Shown here: one piece after another, positions 24,545 through 36,673 of the stretch | Layout: each line of letters begins with the position of its first letter | Numbering within the stretch: the first letter of the stretch is position 1 | DNA from: Macrostomum hystrix | Lineage: Eukaryota; Animalia; Platyhelminthes | Direction of reading: 5' to 3' | Assembly: GCA_950097015.1 (NCBI GenBank) | Contig: CATNEN010000024.1 | Span: forward strand, 6,448,001 to 6,512,000 | Length of the DNA: 64,000 bases | Notes under the pieces: model-generated | What the model was told of the DNA's origin: nothing | The model's input: the letters and a program-made list of their open reading frames with translations, nothing else | Database searches by the model: none | Program-made: the position numbers and the translations under genes

Positions 24545-25800
24545 ATTACTATTCCTGCTGCGATTCCTGCTGCGATTCCTGCTGCGATTCCTGCTGCGAT
24601 TCCTGCTGCGATTCCCACTGTAAATTCTGTTATGATTCCTGTTGTGATTCCTGCTGCAATTCCTGCTGCGATTCCCACAGTAAATTCTGTTATGATTCCT
24701 GCTGCGATTTCTGCTGCAATTCCTGCGGCGATTCCCACTGTAAATTCCGTCATGATTCCTGCTGCGATTCCTGCTGCGATTCCAGCTGTAATTCCTGCTG
24801 CGATTCCTGCTGCGATTCCTGCTGCGATTCCTGTTGCGATTCCTGCTGCGATTCCTGCTGCGATTCCTGCTGCGATTCCCACAGTAAATTCTGTTATGAT
24901 TCCTGTTGTGATTCCTGCTGCAATTCCATCTGCGATTCCCACAGTAAATTCTGTTATGATTCCTGCTGCGATTCCTGCTGCGATTCCTGCTGCGATTCCT
25001 GCTGCGATTCCTGCTGCGATTCCCACTGTAAATTCTGTTATGATTCCTGTTGTGATTCCTGCTGCAATTCCATCTGCGATTCCCACAGTAAATTCTGTTA
25101 TGATTCCTGCTGCGATTCCTGCTGCAATTCCTGCGGCGATTCCCACTGTAAATTCTGTCATGATTCCTGCTGCGATTCCTGCTGCGATTCCTGCTGCGAT
25201 TCCTGCTGCGCTTCCCACTATAAATTCTGTTATGATTCCTGCTGCGATTCCTGCTGCAATTCCTGCTGCGATTCCCACAGTAAATTCTGTTATGATTCCT
25301 GCTGCGATTCCTGCTGCGATTGCCACAGTAAATTCTGTTATGATTCCTGCTGCGATTCCGGCTGCAATTCCTACTGCGATTCCCACAGTAAATTCTGTTA
25401 TGATTCCTGCTGCGATTCCTGCTGCAATTCCTGCGGCGATTCCCACTGTAAATTCTGTCATGATTCCTGCTGCGATTCCTGCTGCAATTCCTGCGGCGAT
25501 TCCCACTGTAAATTCCGTCATGATTCCTGCTGCGATTCCTTCTGCGATTCCAGCTGTAATTCCTGCTGCGATTCCTGCTGCGATTCCTGCTGCGATTCCT
25601 GTTGCGATTCCTTTTGCGATTCCAGCTGCGATTCCTGCTGCGATTCCTGCTGCGATTCCTGCTTTGATTCCCACTGTAAATCCTGTTGTGATTCCTGCTG
25701 CGATTCCTACTGCGATTCTTGTTGCTATTCCTGGTGTAACTCCTGTTGCAATTCTTGTTGCAACTCCTGCTGCAAATCCTGCTGCGATTCCTGCTGCGAT
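24545..25800. repeat. 12-bp repeat (attcctgctgcg) interspersed with a 24-bp unit; open on both strands (ORFs 24485-25996 + and 24490-25941 -)
   Basis: All unit lengths are multiples of 3. Coding status unresolved. Confidence 0.9.
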
Positions 25801-26006
25801 TCGTGGTGTTACGTCTCGTGCTGCGATTCTAACTGCGACTCCTGTCCTGTTGAGATTCCTAATGCAATTGCAGCTGCTACTTTTGCTGCGATTCAGCAGC
25901 GATTCATGCAAGAAGTATTTAAAATTTAAAATGCTTATCACTAAGTGGTTACTATGCGAGTTTGTTAATGTCTCATGTTGTGAGCAAGTGTCATAGTTAT
26001 TTTAAT

Positions 26007-26080
26007 GGGTGGTAGCCTAGTGGTTGGGGCGGACACACGACGCCCTTGAAGGTCAGGCGTTCGATCCCTGACTCCACTAG
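26007..26080 (+). pseudogene. tRNA-like sequence (degenerate tRNA or tRNA-derived SINE head)
   Basis: Pol III A box TAGCCTAGTGG (about 26013) and B box GTTCGATCC (about 26059) with a tcagg/cctga T-stem. The acceptor and anticodon stems do not pair cleanly. Confidence 0.5.
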
Positions 26081-26627
26081 AACAATTTGTGTCCGCTAGC
26101 AAAAATTTAAGCTCTCTCTTTAATAAACTTTCAATGCAAAACGTCTTTGATGAACCGCAAAATCAATAATACTCGTATTTTCGCTTGGAAAAAAGCAAGC
26201 AAAATCAAGCTAGATCACAAGTGATTGATCGCATTGAAGCAATATTCGTTTTTTAAACAGAAAGGATGCAACATTTAGGCTCCCAACTTGCAGACGAATT
26301 TAACTTCTCTAGATGGGAAGAAGGAGAGCTGAAAATTTAGGCACAGGAGAAGGGAGATGGGAGCCATTAGATAACAAACTAGGACATTGGTGTGAAATAT
26401 CCTCATTCTAATCGATTCCTCGGGACTCAAACTATGGAGAACTTAGTACAATGAAAGATGCAAAGTAGTTCGGAATGGTCATGAGAGAAGCATTTGAGTA
26501 TCAGAGCTTTGAGCATTGTTTTGAATATGACAACGTTATGATTGGGAAGCGGCTCATCTGCTTTGATGGGGGGACAGCATTTCGCGCAGTGATACAATTA
26601 CTCAAGTACGGACAGGAACTGCAGTGG

Positions 26628-28550
26628 TCACACAACAGACACGTGTTGCATTGCTTGAGTCTTCAGCGGTCTCGATGCCGAGTTGATGTCATGTTGACAA
26701 CCTGCTCCCGTTGTCGTATCGGCGCTCACGAAAATCTTCCCAAGCTCGGTGTCCTCTTCCACGATGCTTGACGCTTCGTCGAGAGCCGCGAATGTTCGAC
26801 CACTCGTCGCAGTCACGTGATTCACCCTGGGATAAACTCCGTTGGTCTGCAGCGAGTGCCGTTGCGCGCAGCTAGCGTGGGCGTAGCTGGACACAACCTG
26901 CGTGCACTTCACGCCCAGAATAGCCAAGAACTCGAATAGTTCAACGAAGGTCACCAGAGACATGCCCACCCAGAGTCCGCCGATACCGCCCAGCTCGGAC
27001 AGGACTTCGACAAACGAGTAGGATGGCGACTCGTGAATCAGCGTACTCTTCGACTCCTCGGCGAACACCTGCAGTTTGACAAAGTTTTGGCGCACGAACA
27101 GGTGGCTGACATTCCAGCCGCGTTCCACGTTAGGAGAGCCATCTGGCAGCTGGTGGAATCGGACAATCTGGTCCAGTAGGCGCCGCTTCTGGTACTGGGC
27201 TCGGTTGAACTTCGGACTGACAAACGTATGAATGAAAGCCTCGAGGTCTGTGTGAGCTGGCCAGGGCACAGACGCAATGGAGTACGTGTAGCTGCTCTGC
27301 TCGCACGCCTGAACACTGCCGCACTCTGATGCGAATGTGTCATACAACTCGGTGCGGACCTGATTCTCAACATCATTGAAATGTCTCAGCTGGCGTGACT
27401 TGTAGGCGCCAAATTCTTTTGTGATGTTCTTCGAATCAGTCAGCAGGTAGTGACAGAGTGCGGAGCGCTCCCGGGTTGGCAGAAATGTCGACTGGCAGTG
27501 ACACTCGCGCATCAGGTGCTCCTGCCACTTACTGACCACACAGTCTTGGCCACGTTTACGGAACAGCTGCCTGCCTTCAGCCTCCGAGGCCCAGTACTCT
27601 GTGTGGCCGTAGTTTTCGATGCAGTTGTGCCCAGTTCGGTTCACGTAGACGTTGCGCGTCATCTTGAAGCGCAGATCGGCGCTCCAACCGTTGCCAACAT
27701 CGACGCCCTCCCAGTACACATGCGGATACGTGCCGGGCTCGTGGACTAGAAGCCGAACACCGCTGGACACCTGCATGCCGGCCTTGCCGAACACCGTGTC
27801 CAGTTGACGCAGAATTGTTCGATTCTGCGGTGGTGGATATTCAACAACGTGGTCCGGACGGCTGGCCGCATCAAGCGGCATTGTGCTGGTGTACAAGATC
27901 AAGTTCAGGCCATCGTTGGGACCTGTGCCCTGCACGCTCCGGTCGGTTGGTCTGAAGGACCAGCAGTTCCAATAGTGTGAATTCTGCACTAACCTGAAGT
28001 CCGCTGGGTTGCACAGTGCCTTTTTGTAGAAGCAGGCAACAAGTGAAAGGCTCAAGTTGTGGCCCAGGTCGGCTGTGCTCAGAGATGCCCAGTAGTGCTG
28101 GAGTAGGTTGTACCAATGGAAATACTCCTGGGTGGCAAAAATATTGCGTCCCCTCGGATAGACTTGCCTGAGAGCGAACATGAGGTCGGCCATGTTCGCC
28201 TCGAGTTGTCGCCTAGCCCGACTGTCATAATGAAGCAGGTACTGCGGCATGGGGCGCAGATTGCAAATGGTTACATCCGGGAACATTGTGTCGACTCCCT
28301 GGTTGAGAATCAGAGTGCTCACGGGAGTTAGGCTGAACTGGTGTACGGTCAGGTAGACGTGATAGCACCCGGCGATGCTGGTCAAACAGGTAAGCAGCAG
28401 CCAGAATGCCCGCCTGACATAGCTATCGGCACGGAACAGATGGGCCACACCGTGCATACTGGTGTGCTGGGCGAATCTATTCAGGTGCAGGAATACGCCC
28501 CTCAGGGCTGCCCAGCTGGCCACTGGCCTGTTTGAATCCTGGCTGTACAT
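26628..28550 (-). CDS. DEG/ENaC amiloride-sensitive channel subunit, FaNaC-like, single coding exon (ORF open from 28586; first ATG at 28550)
   Basis: Family motifs: FAQHTSMHG (N-terminal HG), TM1 RRAFWLLLTCL, FPDVTICN, GVRLLVHEPG, Cys-rich thumb, and TM2 LSELGGIGGLWVGMSLVTFVELFE with the GxS filter. Uninterrupted 652-codon ORF. Confidence 0.93.
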   Translation of the reverse strand: MYSQDSNRPVASWAALRGVFLHLNRFAQHTSMHGVAHLFRADSYVRRAFWLLLTCLTSIAGCYHVYLTVHQFSLTPVSTLILNQGVDTMFPDVTICNLRPMPQYLLHYDSRARRQLEANMADLMFALRQVYPRGRNIFATQEYFHWYNLLQHYWASLSTADLGHNLSLSLVACFYKKALCNPADFRLVQNSHYWNCWSFRPTDRSVQGTGPNDGLNLILYTSTMPLDAASRPDHVVEYPPPQNRTILRQLDTVFGKAGMQVSSGVRLLVHEPGTYPHVYWEGVDVGNGWSADLRFKMTRNVYVNRTGHNCIENYGHTEYWASEAEGRQLFRKRGQDCVVSKWQEHLMRECHCQSTFLPTRERSALCHYLLTDSKNITKEFGAYKSRQLRHFNDVENQVRTELYDTFASECGSVQACEQSSYTYSIASVPWPAHTDLEAFIHTFVSPKFNRAQYQKRRLLDQIVRFHQLPDGSPNVERGWNVSHLFVRQNFVKLQVFAEESKSTLIHESPSYSFVEVLSELGGIGGLWVGMSLVTFVELFEFLAILGVKCTQVVSSYAHASCAQRHSLQTNGVYPRVNHVTATSGRTFAALDEASSIVEEDTELGKIFVSADTTTGAGCQHDINSASRPLKTQAMQHVSVV

Positions 28551-29408
28551 CGCTGCTGCGGCTGCTGGCTGGCACTGGACTGTCACCTTTCAGCTGATTC
28601 TCTGTGAACCAGAGGCAGACATATGCCTGCTGCTCAGCGGTTGATTGGGGTTGGTCAAAGCAACTGTTCGCTCCTCCAATAGGCAGTGACCAATGAATAG
28701 ACGCAATAAGGCGAGATTATTTCATGGAGCAGGGACATTTGGGCGAGAGTTCGAAGATTGCTAGAAGAAATTCGATCTAACAATGCATGATGTTGGAATG
28801 AATGGTCATTAAAAATGAATATCCAATCGTGTGTTTTTGTCTCCTTTGATGAGAGTGTGAATGAGCCCTCTACACTGCAAATTTAGAGCCTGTTATACAC
28901 AGCAGCAGGTTGGCGCGGCTGCTTCAATTATATACCAATGACCACTAGAAGAAGAAGAATGGGACACTTCATTTCTTGGAAAATACATTATAGGCTGATT
29001 TCACGGAAAATGGACCAGCTATAAAAGTTAGAAATCTTTGTGTAAACTTGGCAACAGCCGAGAGGATGAGCAAAGGAAAACAGTTAGATGAAGACACGCC
29101 TAGGGTCCACCCGTCAATTAAAGCGCAAAGTGGGCCTGGACCGACCGCAACATCGGAACCGGCCCAAACCGACCCGCTGAGGAGACTGACAGGAGGAGAA
29201 TCGATCGGGGACATCGAACCCTAGGACCATGAGATGAGGCGGAGCCGGCCTAGACCACACCTGGAGACTAGAGAAGGTGGGCTAGGAGGGCTAGAGAAGG
29301 CCTGGACCGCACACGATGACCCGATCGAGGAGGGGAAGAGGGGTTGGTGTGCCTACCAACCAAGTAGTTTAACGTTTGAACGAGTTGCGATTGCGTCAAA
29401 TTGCATTA

Positions 29409-29512
29409 CAAGCCCCCAAAGCCTTGTTGCCAAAGCCAAAGGAATGTGGCCTCGCCGCGGAATCGAGCTCAGGGGCCTTGGTGCGTGAGGCAAACGCGTT
29501 AGACCACTCACT
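29409..29512 (-). mobile_element. tRNA-derived SINE-like copy (family A)
   Basis: Shares caagcccccaa, aatgtggcctcgccgcgga(a/g)tcgagctcaggg and caaacgcgtta with 38205-38322. The minus strand reads as a tRNA-like head with degenerate A and B boxes. Confidence 0.6.
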
Positions 29513-30473
29513 GGGGGTGAGTTAGCCACTCCCCCCAGTCCGCGGCGCTTGACTGCAAAAGTCTATTCTGCAGCCCTCGACCATCAACTTGGATAGTGCC
29601 CCTCGTTCTGCAGCGCCATGTTTAAAGGTCTCAGCTATCGGGAAGGCATAACGGGCTGGAAATTTGCTGCTAAAATGGGGGATTGGCAAATTATGTAGCG
29701 GTAATCCTTCTGTTGTTGGTTAATCCCTTTTGACCAATTGTGCCGATTAACTTTGTCCTCAGTGCGAAGCCTACGAGTATTATAGGAATTATTTCTACCA
29801 AAAAGAGTTACTAATGTGGGCCTATTGCTTGTGTTCGTGTGTGTTTGTGTCATAAGAGATTAACAAACAGAAAGTACTCAAGAGCTAAAGGACCTGATAC
29901 ACATTCTTGCGTTATAAGTTGCAGTCAAGTTGCGGAGCAAAGAGAAGAAGCTTATTTCCCGTTTTCTCATACTCAATCCCAATTGAAAGCCGCGTCACTT
30001 TGGCTAGTCAAATTTTGACGCACGGTTTTAGTGCGCACTTCACAATGGCCATGCAGTCGCAGAGACAGTGAAATATTGTCCGTCGTTAGATACTGTGCCA
30101 GTTTTCGCACGCTTATTTTATACTATTTTATTCGCACGCATATGCGGTGACTTCTTACAACCGGGCTTCAACTTTTCAAAGTCCTCAAATTTTTTTACTA
30201 ACGATTAGGCGCATCGCGTTGAAACTAGTTCTGGTTGGTCAAACACAGTCTACTGCGTGGCTGGCATACTTAAATGGGTGCAACAACTGACCACGATTAA
30301 AATCTATTAAGCTCTTTGAATTCATCGGCGCGTTTCAAAAATATTAAAAGACAAATTTTTGATCGACAAAGACAAACGTTGTCTTTGAGTACCTTTTTAT
30401 TGGTGTCACTTCTAATGTACCATACTAATTTTTTAACAATTTGAGGCTTGACGAATGCGGGTACAGTTTCATT

Positions 30474-30582
<109 letters not shown>

Positions 30583-30939
30583 CTACAGTCGTTGTAATCT
30601 CGTAGGGTAGTCTCACCAAAAGTGGAATAATAAATTGGTTAACTGCCCTCCTGTCTTGCTTCTCTGAATCCCGCCTCTCTCTTCACCAACTTGGGAGTGA
30701 GGACTTGGAGTGTATCGCCAACAAAATGTACACTTTGATTGCAGGCAGCTGAATGGTTGCCATGGCAACACCCTGGCCATGTTGGGGTGGGTCCGCGCAG
30801 ACGCACCTGCAGAAGGTAAGAACAATAAAAAAGCTTCAAATTCCTCTCCCTATTCAGATCCCTAAGCCTGGAGAACGAAGAAAGATCCGTTCATGTTAAG
30901 ATCAGAACTTTTGTCTCCAGAAGTCCAACTCCCAATGTC

Positions 30940-31954
30940 ATGACGGACTCAGGCCTGAGCGAATCTCAGTTGGCCGAGTGCCGCGAGGCCTTCGCCATGC
31001 TAGACAAGGATTGCACCGGCCGACTGCCAGCCGACAGCCTGGGTCGCCTGCTACGAATGATTGGACAAAACCCGTCTGGTGCGGAGGTTCGGGTGAGCGG
31101 CTGTGTTTTAGCTAGAAGGAATTCAGGCTTGATTACCAATGGTTGAGCATGGTGTTTAAATAAATTTTCGCGGCTGTTTCGTATCAATTTATATGGGTCT
31201 TTTGGAGTAGATTTAATCAGGTGGTCGACAGCCACAGCGATTGCGCGGCGCATCTGAATGCTGCGTACGGCTGTTCAGTCCATGGACTGGGAGACGCCAC
31301 ACCCACCCTCAATTACCCCAGTTAATGCTGGTACCTATTTAAAAGCTGGGTGAACTGAAGCAATGCAGAGGTCTTGCTAAAGGACACAAATTGTTCTAGT
31401 GGAGTCGCGAATCAAACCCCCGACATTCACAAGTCGTGAATCCGACGAATTAACTAAACCAAACCCATTAACCATATCCAAAAATAGTATTGTCTATCCG
31501 CGAATCCTCAGGTCGCGTAAATCACATTCAAACTCCTTTATCCTGGCTTCCCATGCAGGAGGCTCTAGCCCGACTAGCCTTCCTATCAGCATCCCGCTCC
31601 TCCTCCGCGGCCGCCACCGTCGAACATGGTCGCGAAATCACCTGCGACGACTTCTGCGAAGCAGTTGCTCATCGCTTGAAATCCCAGCGTAGTGAGTTCC
31701 GAAATTCGACCCCAGAACTTGAAGAGGCCTTCCGAGCGCTAGACCATCATCTCACTGGCCGGATAGCCGTCACACGTCTGCGCACCATGCTCACTAGCTG
31801 CGGTGAGACCCTGACGCCGGCTGAAGCGGACGAACTTCTGAGTCTGGCCAAGCCTGCCGGCGGTGACGTTAGCAGCGAAGACAACGGAGGAATCGAAGGA
31901 GGCGAAGTGTTTGTTGACTATCGCAGTCTAGTTAGGCGAGTTTTGGCCAAGTAA
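30940..31954 (+). CDS. Calmodulin-like / myosin-light-chain-like EF-hand protein with degenerate loops; exons 30940-31092, 31559-31954 (182 aa)
   Basis: LSESQLAECREAFAMLDKDCTG, LGRLLRMIGQNPS, ELEEAFRALD, LRTMLTSCGETLTPAEADELL and VDYRSLVRRVLAK parallel the calmodulin helices. Junction cgg|gtgagc ... atgcag|gag is phase 0. Confidence 0.88.
31270..31360. mobile_element. About 90-bp interspersed repeat (family B), copy in the calmodulin-like intron
   Basis: Homologous to 10888-10980. Contains the palindrome cagtccatggactg. Confidence 0.6.
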
Positions 31955-34082
31955 TTTATCAAGGGCTATAATATACCATTTTATAAAACGCTGTAGGAGT
32001 TCAGAAGTCATTAAATTTTGCTGATTCGATCTATTTTTGATCGTCAAATGCTCATTGACTTGCGAAAGTTTTAACGTTCACGCTAAATGGCTGTTTATAG
32101 CTAATATAGCTTTTCCTTTTGATGAAACTATTCTTTTAAATTTGGTATATATAACCAAATATATGTAACCTTGATAGAAAAATCATACACTGAACTGTCC
32201 GATGCAGCCAAGCAGATTCAACAACAAGCAGGCAACTGTCAGACTTAGGTATGGTTATATATAGGAGCTGAACCATGCAATATTTGCTGTTCTAATTATT
32301 AGACAGCTCAAACAGAAAAAAGCTTTGTGAGCTGTCTTCGATTTTACGAAAAAAAATTAGCAGTTACTTTATCGTCTGTGGATTTTGGCTATAATTTAAC
32401 AAAAAATATCTGCTTAGATGACACTGACAGCACATATACTGTTTTCCAGAAAGCTAGTATGCAAAAAATTGCTTATACCGTTTAACGCCAGTTCATCATC
32501 TAAATGAAGTTTAAGACCTGGTTTCTTATAATAATTATTCTGTTTTTATAGTGAATGTATGGTAAACTTGTTATTTCAAGCTAAAGCTTTAGCTGCAATA
32601 TTTTAATTTCGATTTGTCGGTTGATATTTTTACTCCGCTGGCCGCTGAACATAAATCACGTTACTTCGAATAAGTTATGAAATAAACATGAAAGAAGAAC
32701 AAATACAATTGTAGCGTAGAAAGGAGACAATGTGTAAGTGAGTAAACTTATTAACAAATGCACTCACACACAATCTCTTATTTAGCTTAGTAGTCGAATA
32801 AAATAATTGGTGCTTAATCTTCTTCGTATCTCATTTTCCTTGTCTTTTTATTCTCATTTGTTGTGAATATATAATATTTTATTCTTCTATATAAATTAAA
32901 AAACACAAGCATTTATCTAAGATAGTCTGATGTCTTGGGATCATTGGAATGGGATGTAGCTGTTGTTTCAGGGCTACAATCTTTTGCACGATTATCAATT
33001 AAAAATTAAAATTCTTTTAATGATAAATATCTACACCAAGTAATAGGTAGTTTTAGACAGTATTACTATAGTATTAAGCAAGAATGGACTAGGGACTACA
33101 GTGATCATCTATCAAATGTGCTGTATCAAGACCTGTGTTTTATTTATAGAGACTTGTTGCTGAAGGTCTATAAATATATATATTCATTACTCTATTAAAA
33201 CATTTTAATAAAACGAATACCTATTCCTAGCCCAATCACAATATACTTTTCCTTATTAATATAGGCTATTTTATGCTTTTTGCAATTTTGACTTTAGTTA
33301 GTTTTTTTGTCTAGAACTAAGAAGGTTAGGGTAATGTATCATCAACCAAACAAGAATGTGTATTTTTTAACTTCAAACCTAAGCTACAGATTTTCTATTT
33401 AAGATATGATGATAAATCAAAAGCCAAGTTATAGAAAACAGTTATATCTTTCTAAAAAGTATCTGCTTTTGCTATTTCATCAAATAGAAAAAAAATTTAT
33501 TTGTGTTTTTCATCTAAAACCAATCCGAACAATGATTTTCGTGTATCTTCAAACCAAACAGAGAATTTAATGTTTGGTTTTGCAATTTGATTGAGTGGTT
33601 TAATATTATTTTAAGGAGTGATCTATCATGAATTGTCATTTGAAAGCATTTTTCATGCTCTATAAATAACTGCATTTATGGTCATTTAATTGGAAAGCCA
33701 ACCACATACAATCTTCGTCTAAAGTAAATATTATGCTTTTGAGATAAAAAAATTTAATGAAACATCAATATCTTTCTTTCCTCTTAATGCTTCATTGCAT
33801 GTCATGCCTCAGCTTGTAGATAATTTCTTTGACTTTCAAATTAGATGTTCTGTGAAACACAATAGCTTGTTTCTGTCTTGCATAAGACCAAAGCAAGAGT
33901 CAAAATTATTGTTTAGTTTTGAAGATAAACTGTTCAGTTGATGATACATTACCCTATAATGGCTTTACTTATGTTAATTTTTTAGTTACCTTTTTTGTTT
34001 AGTAACTTTAAAAAATAAGGGCTTTATGTTCCAGGTTTCTCTTTTTGTGTTCTCTTTTATTCTAATTGCCTTTAAAGTTGAT

Positions 34083-36673
34083 CAGTGTTGGGCAAGTTAC
34101 TTTAAAAAAGTAACTTCCGGTCAAGTAACTTCCGGTTCTAAAGGGGTCCATGAGACTTGCCCGCAGGCGAACTGCCCGCCGAGATTTGCCCGCAGGAGAT
34201 TTGCCCGTCGAGATTTGCCCGCCGAGGTTTGCCCGCAGAGATTTGCCCGCAGTGCATTCTGCCCGCAGGAGATTTGCCCGTCGAGATTTGCCCGTCGAGA
34301 TTTGCCCATCGAGATTTGCCTGTCGAGATTTTCCCGCAGAGATTTTCCCGTCGAGATTTTCCCGTCGAGATTTGCCCGCAGAGATTTGCCCGCAGAGATT
34401 TTCCCGCAATGCAGTTTTAATCTTGCAAAAATCGACTTATACTTATCGAAATTATTTACCTGCCAGATTTCAACCGTGTGAATCTGCATGAAACTCTTAC
34501 TGCCGCAAATGCATAAGATATTTCTTTGGCATTTCGCAGACACCTCAAATTTCCTTTCTGCTAAATTACTGTAGCCTGTTCTATAATCTTTTGTAGCAGC
34601 AATTTTTTGCTGGTGCCTGGTGGTAGGGATGGTAAAATCCCGGCTAGTTTCCAATCCCAGGATTGTCGGGTTCGGGATATTCCTGTCCAACTCCCATAAA
34701 ATCCCCAGCATTTTCAGTCCCAGCAAATCCCGAAAAATTGAAATCCCGCTGAATGGTGGGCAATTTTAAGTCCTGAGATTGGAATTCCAGGTGTTTGCTC
34801 TCAAATCCCGGTCCCGGTATTGGAATCTCTAGCTGGTGGATCGCTGTCTGTTTCAAATTCACATGTCAGCCGCCTGGATTTTATCACCTCGATCTGCTCA
34901 ACCACCGAACGACAAATCCAGTAAATAAGCCATGGAGTCCTATATGGTGCATGTCGGGGACCCTACGACATTTTATAATCTGGCCCTTACATAGAGTATG
35001 AGTATGCAGAGCATTTTCTAAAAACATCGCCTTAGCAATTTAGCAGAAAGGAAATTTGAGGTGTCTGCGGAATGCCAAAGAAATATCTTATGCATTTGCG
35101 GCAGTAAGAGTTTCAGATTCACACGGTTGAAATCTGGCAGGTAAATAATTTCGATAAGTATAAGTCGATTTTTGCAAAATCTCTGCGGGCAAATCTCTGC
35201 GGGCAAATCTCTGCGGGCAAATCTCGACGGGAAAATCTCTGCGGGCAAATCTTGACGGGAAAATCTCGACGGGAAAATCTCTGCGGGCAAATCTCGACGG
35301 GCAAATCTCCTGCGGGCAGAATGCACTGCGGGCACATCTCTGCGGGCAAACCTCGGCGGGCAAATCTCGACGGGCAAATCTCCTGCGGGCAAATCTCGGC
35401 GGGCAGTTCGCCTGCGGGCAAGTCTCGTGCTCCCGTTCTAAAGAAAGTAACTTCCGGTAGTAGTTCCGGTACCGGCACTCGAAAATAAAAGTAACTTCCG
35501 GTTCTTCGGCACCGGTACTTTCTACTTTTGAAAAATCGCGTGTTAAAGAAGGGCTTAATTATGTTTTTATTATTAAAAAACCAATAATAACATGCCTTTG
35601 CAACTGCCAACTTGTCTAGAGTAAAACCAAGTGGAAAATGATTAAATGAAATTATTGAAAACGAAAAATTAATTTCTGAAAACCTATATTTTTATGGTTT
35701 TTGCTTCTTTTTCCAGCACTAAGGTTCAATCCTTGCTGTGGCAGAACTTTACCAATTACCACTCAAAAGTTTGGCCTGCGCAACTAAAAAAGCTGAAAAA
35801 AATTAGATTTGCATGTATTTTACACCATAACATTACATTAAGTTTAAATTTGAATAAAGCGTGCGCAAATAGACTAAACGTGATCAGTAAAAATGAAAAT
35901 TCGAAAATTGAAAAATCGCGCCTCTGTTTGACGATAATTCGAGCCTGCCCTCAGAAATCGCATATTCGTGCCTCAATCACACCACTGAATAACTAACAAC
36001 ACAAGAGTCTTACAAACTAATGACATAAAGTGACAACTCTAAAAAGGTGGAAAGAGTAGCTCTAGTGGCGCTGCTGCCCTGCTGATAATTACCTTTATTA
36101 ATTCAATAACCTTTTAAGCCCTGAAAAAACTACTTTGACATTTAGACAATTTAGCCTAGGTTAACAGCTGAGAAAAAAAGTTTGCATGCTTCTTAAAAGG
36201 AACCCCCGTAATTTAAACTTGAAAGCTTTAGCACTAGTGTAAAAGCTAGATATAGACAGTCATGTTGTCACAATTCACATCAAATGCCTGTTGCCGCGAA
36301 GTAGTACAAGGCGGTTTAGTGTCGCGTCGGCAAGAGGTACTCGCTTTGCTCGAATTAAAAATTTAATTTTTTAAAGAACCAAAAAGTTGTTAAAATTCAC
36401 CAACTAAATAAAATTCGAAATTTCTCGGCATTTCTTACGACATTATGAACTGATGATATGAAAATTCTTTCAATTTGTATGTTTTCTTTACTTTCTTTCT
36501 CTTTTTTTCTCTGCATTTAAAAAAGTGCCGGAAGTACCGGACTTAACAAAAAGTAACTTCCGATACCCTAGTCCGGCACTACAAAAAAAAAAACGGAAAA
36601 AAGTGCCGCTTTAAAAAACAGTAACTTCCGGCACAGTTTTGTGCCGGAAGTGCCGGAAGGTTGCCCAACACTG
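34083..36673. mobile_element. Non-autonomous hAT-like DNA transposon (13-bp TIR CAGTGTTGGGCAA, 8-bp TSD AAGTTGAT)
   Basis: TSD copies at 34075-34082 and 36674-36681. TIRs at 34083 and 36661-36673. Repeated subterminal AGTAACTTCCG motifs. No transposase ORF. Confidence 0.85.
34143..35434. mobile_element. Foldback-type element nested in the hAT-like element; about 400-bp inverted arms with internal GAGATTTGCCCG repeats; 8-bp TSD GTTCTAAA
   Basis: TSD at 34135-34142 and 35435-35442. 34150-34567 is the inverted complement of 35037-35426. Ends read GGG...CCC. Confidence 0.85.

Noticed and set aside
26007-26080. Intact tRNA gene
   Set aside because: A and B boxes are present, but the cloverleaf stems fail and no anticodon arm can be assigned. 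Kept only as a tRNA-like relic.
28960-29400. GC-rich open segment upstream of the DEG/ENaC gene as a LINE relic or extra exon
   Set aside because: No RT or endonuclease motifs and no supportable splice link.
34620-34960. tagggatgg...aatcccg-rich segment in the centre of the foldback element as a third nested transposon
   Set aside because: It resembles another element's end, but no matching TIR or TSD was found.
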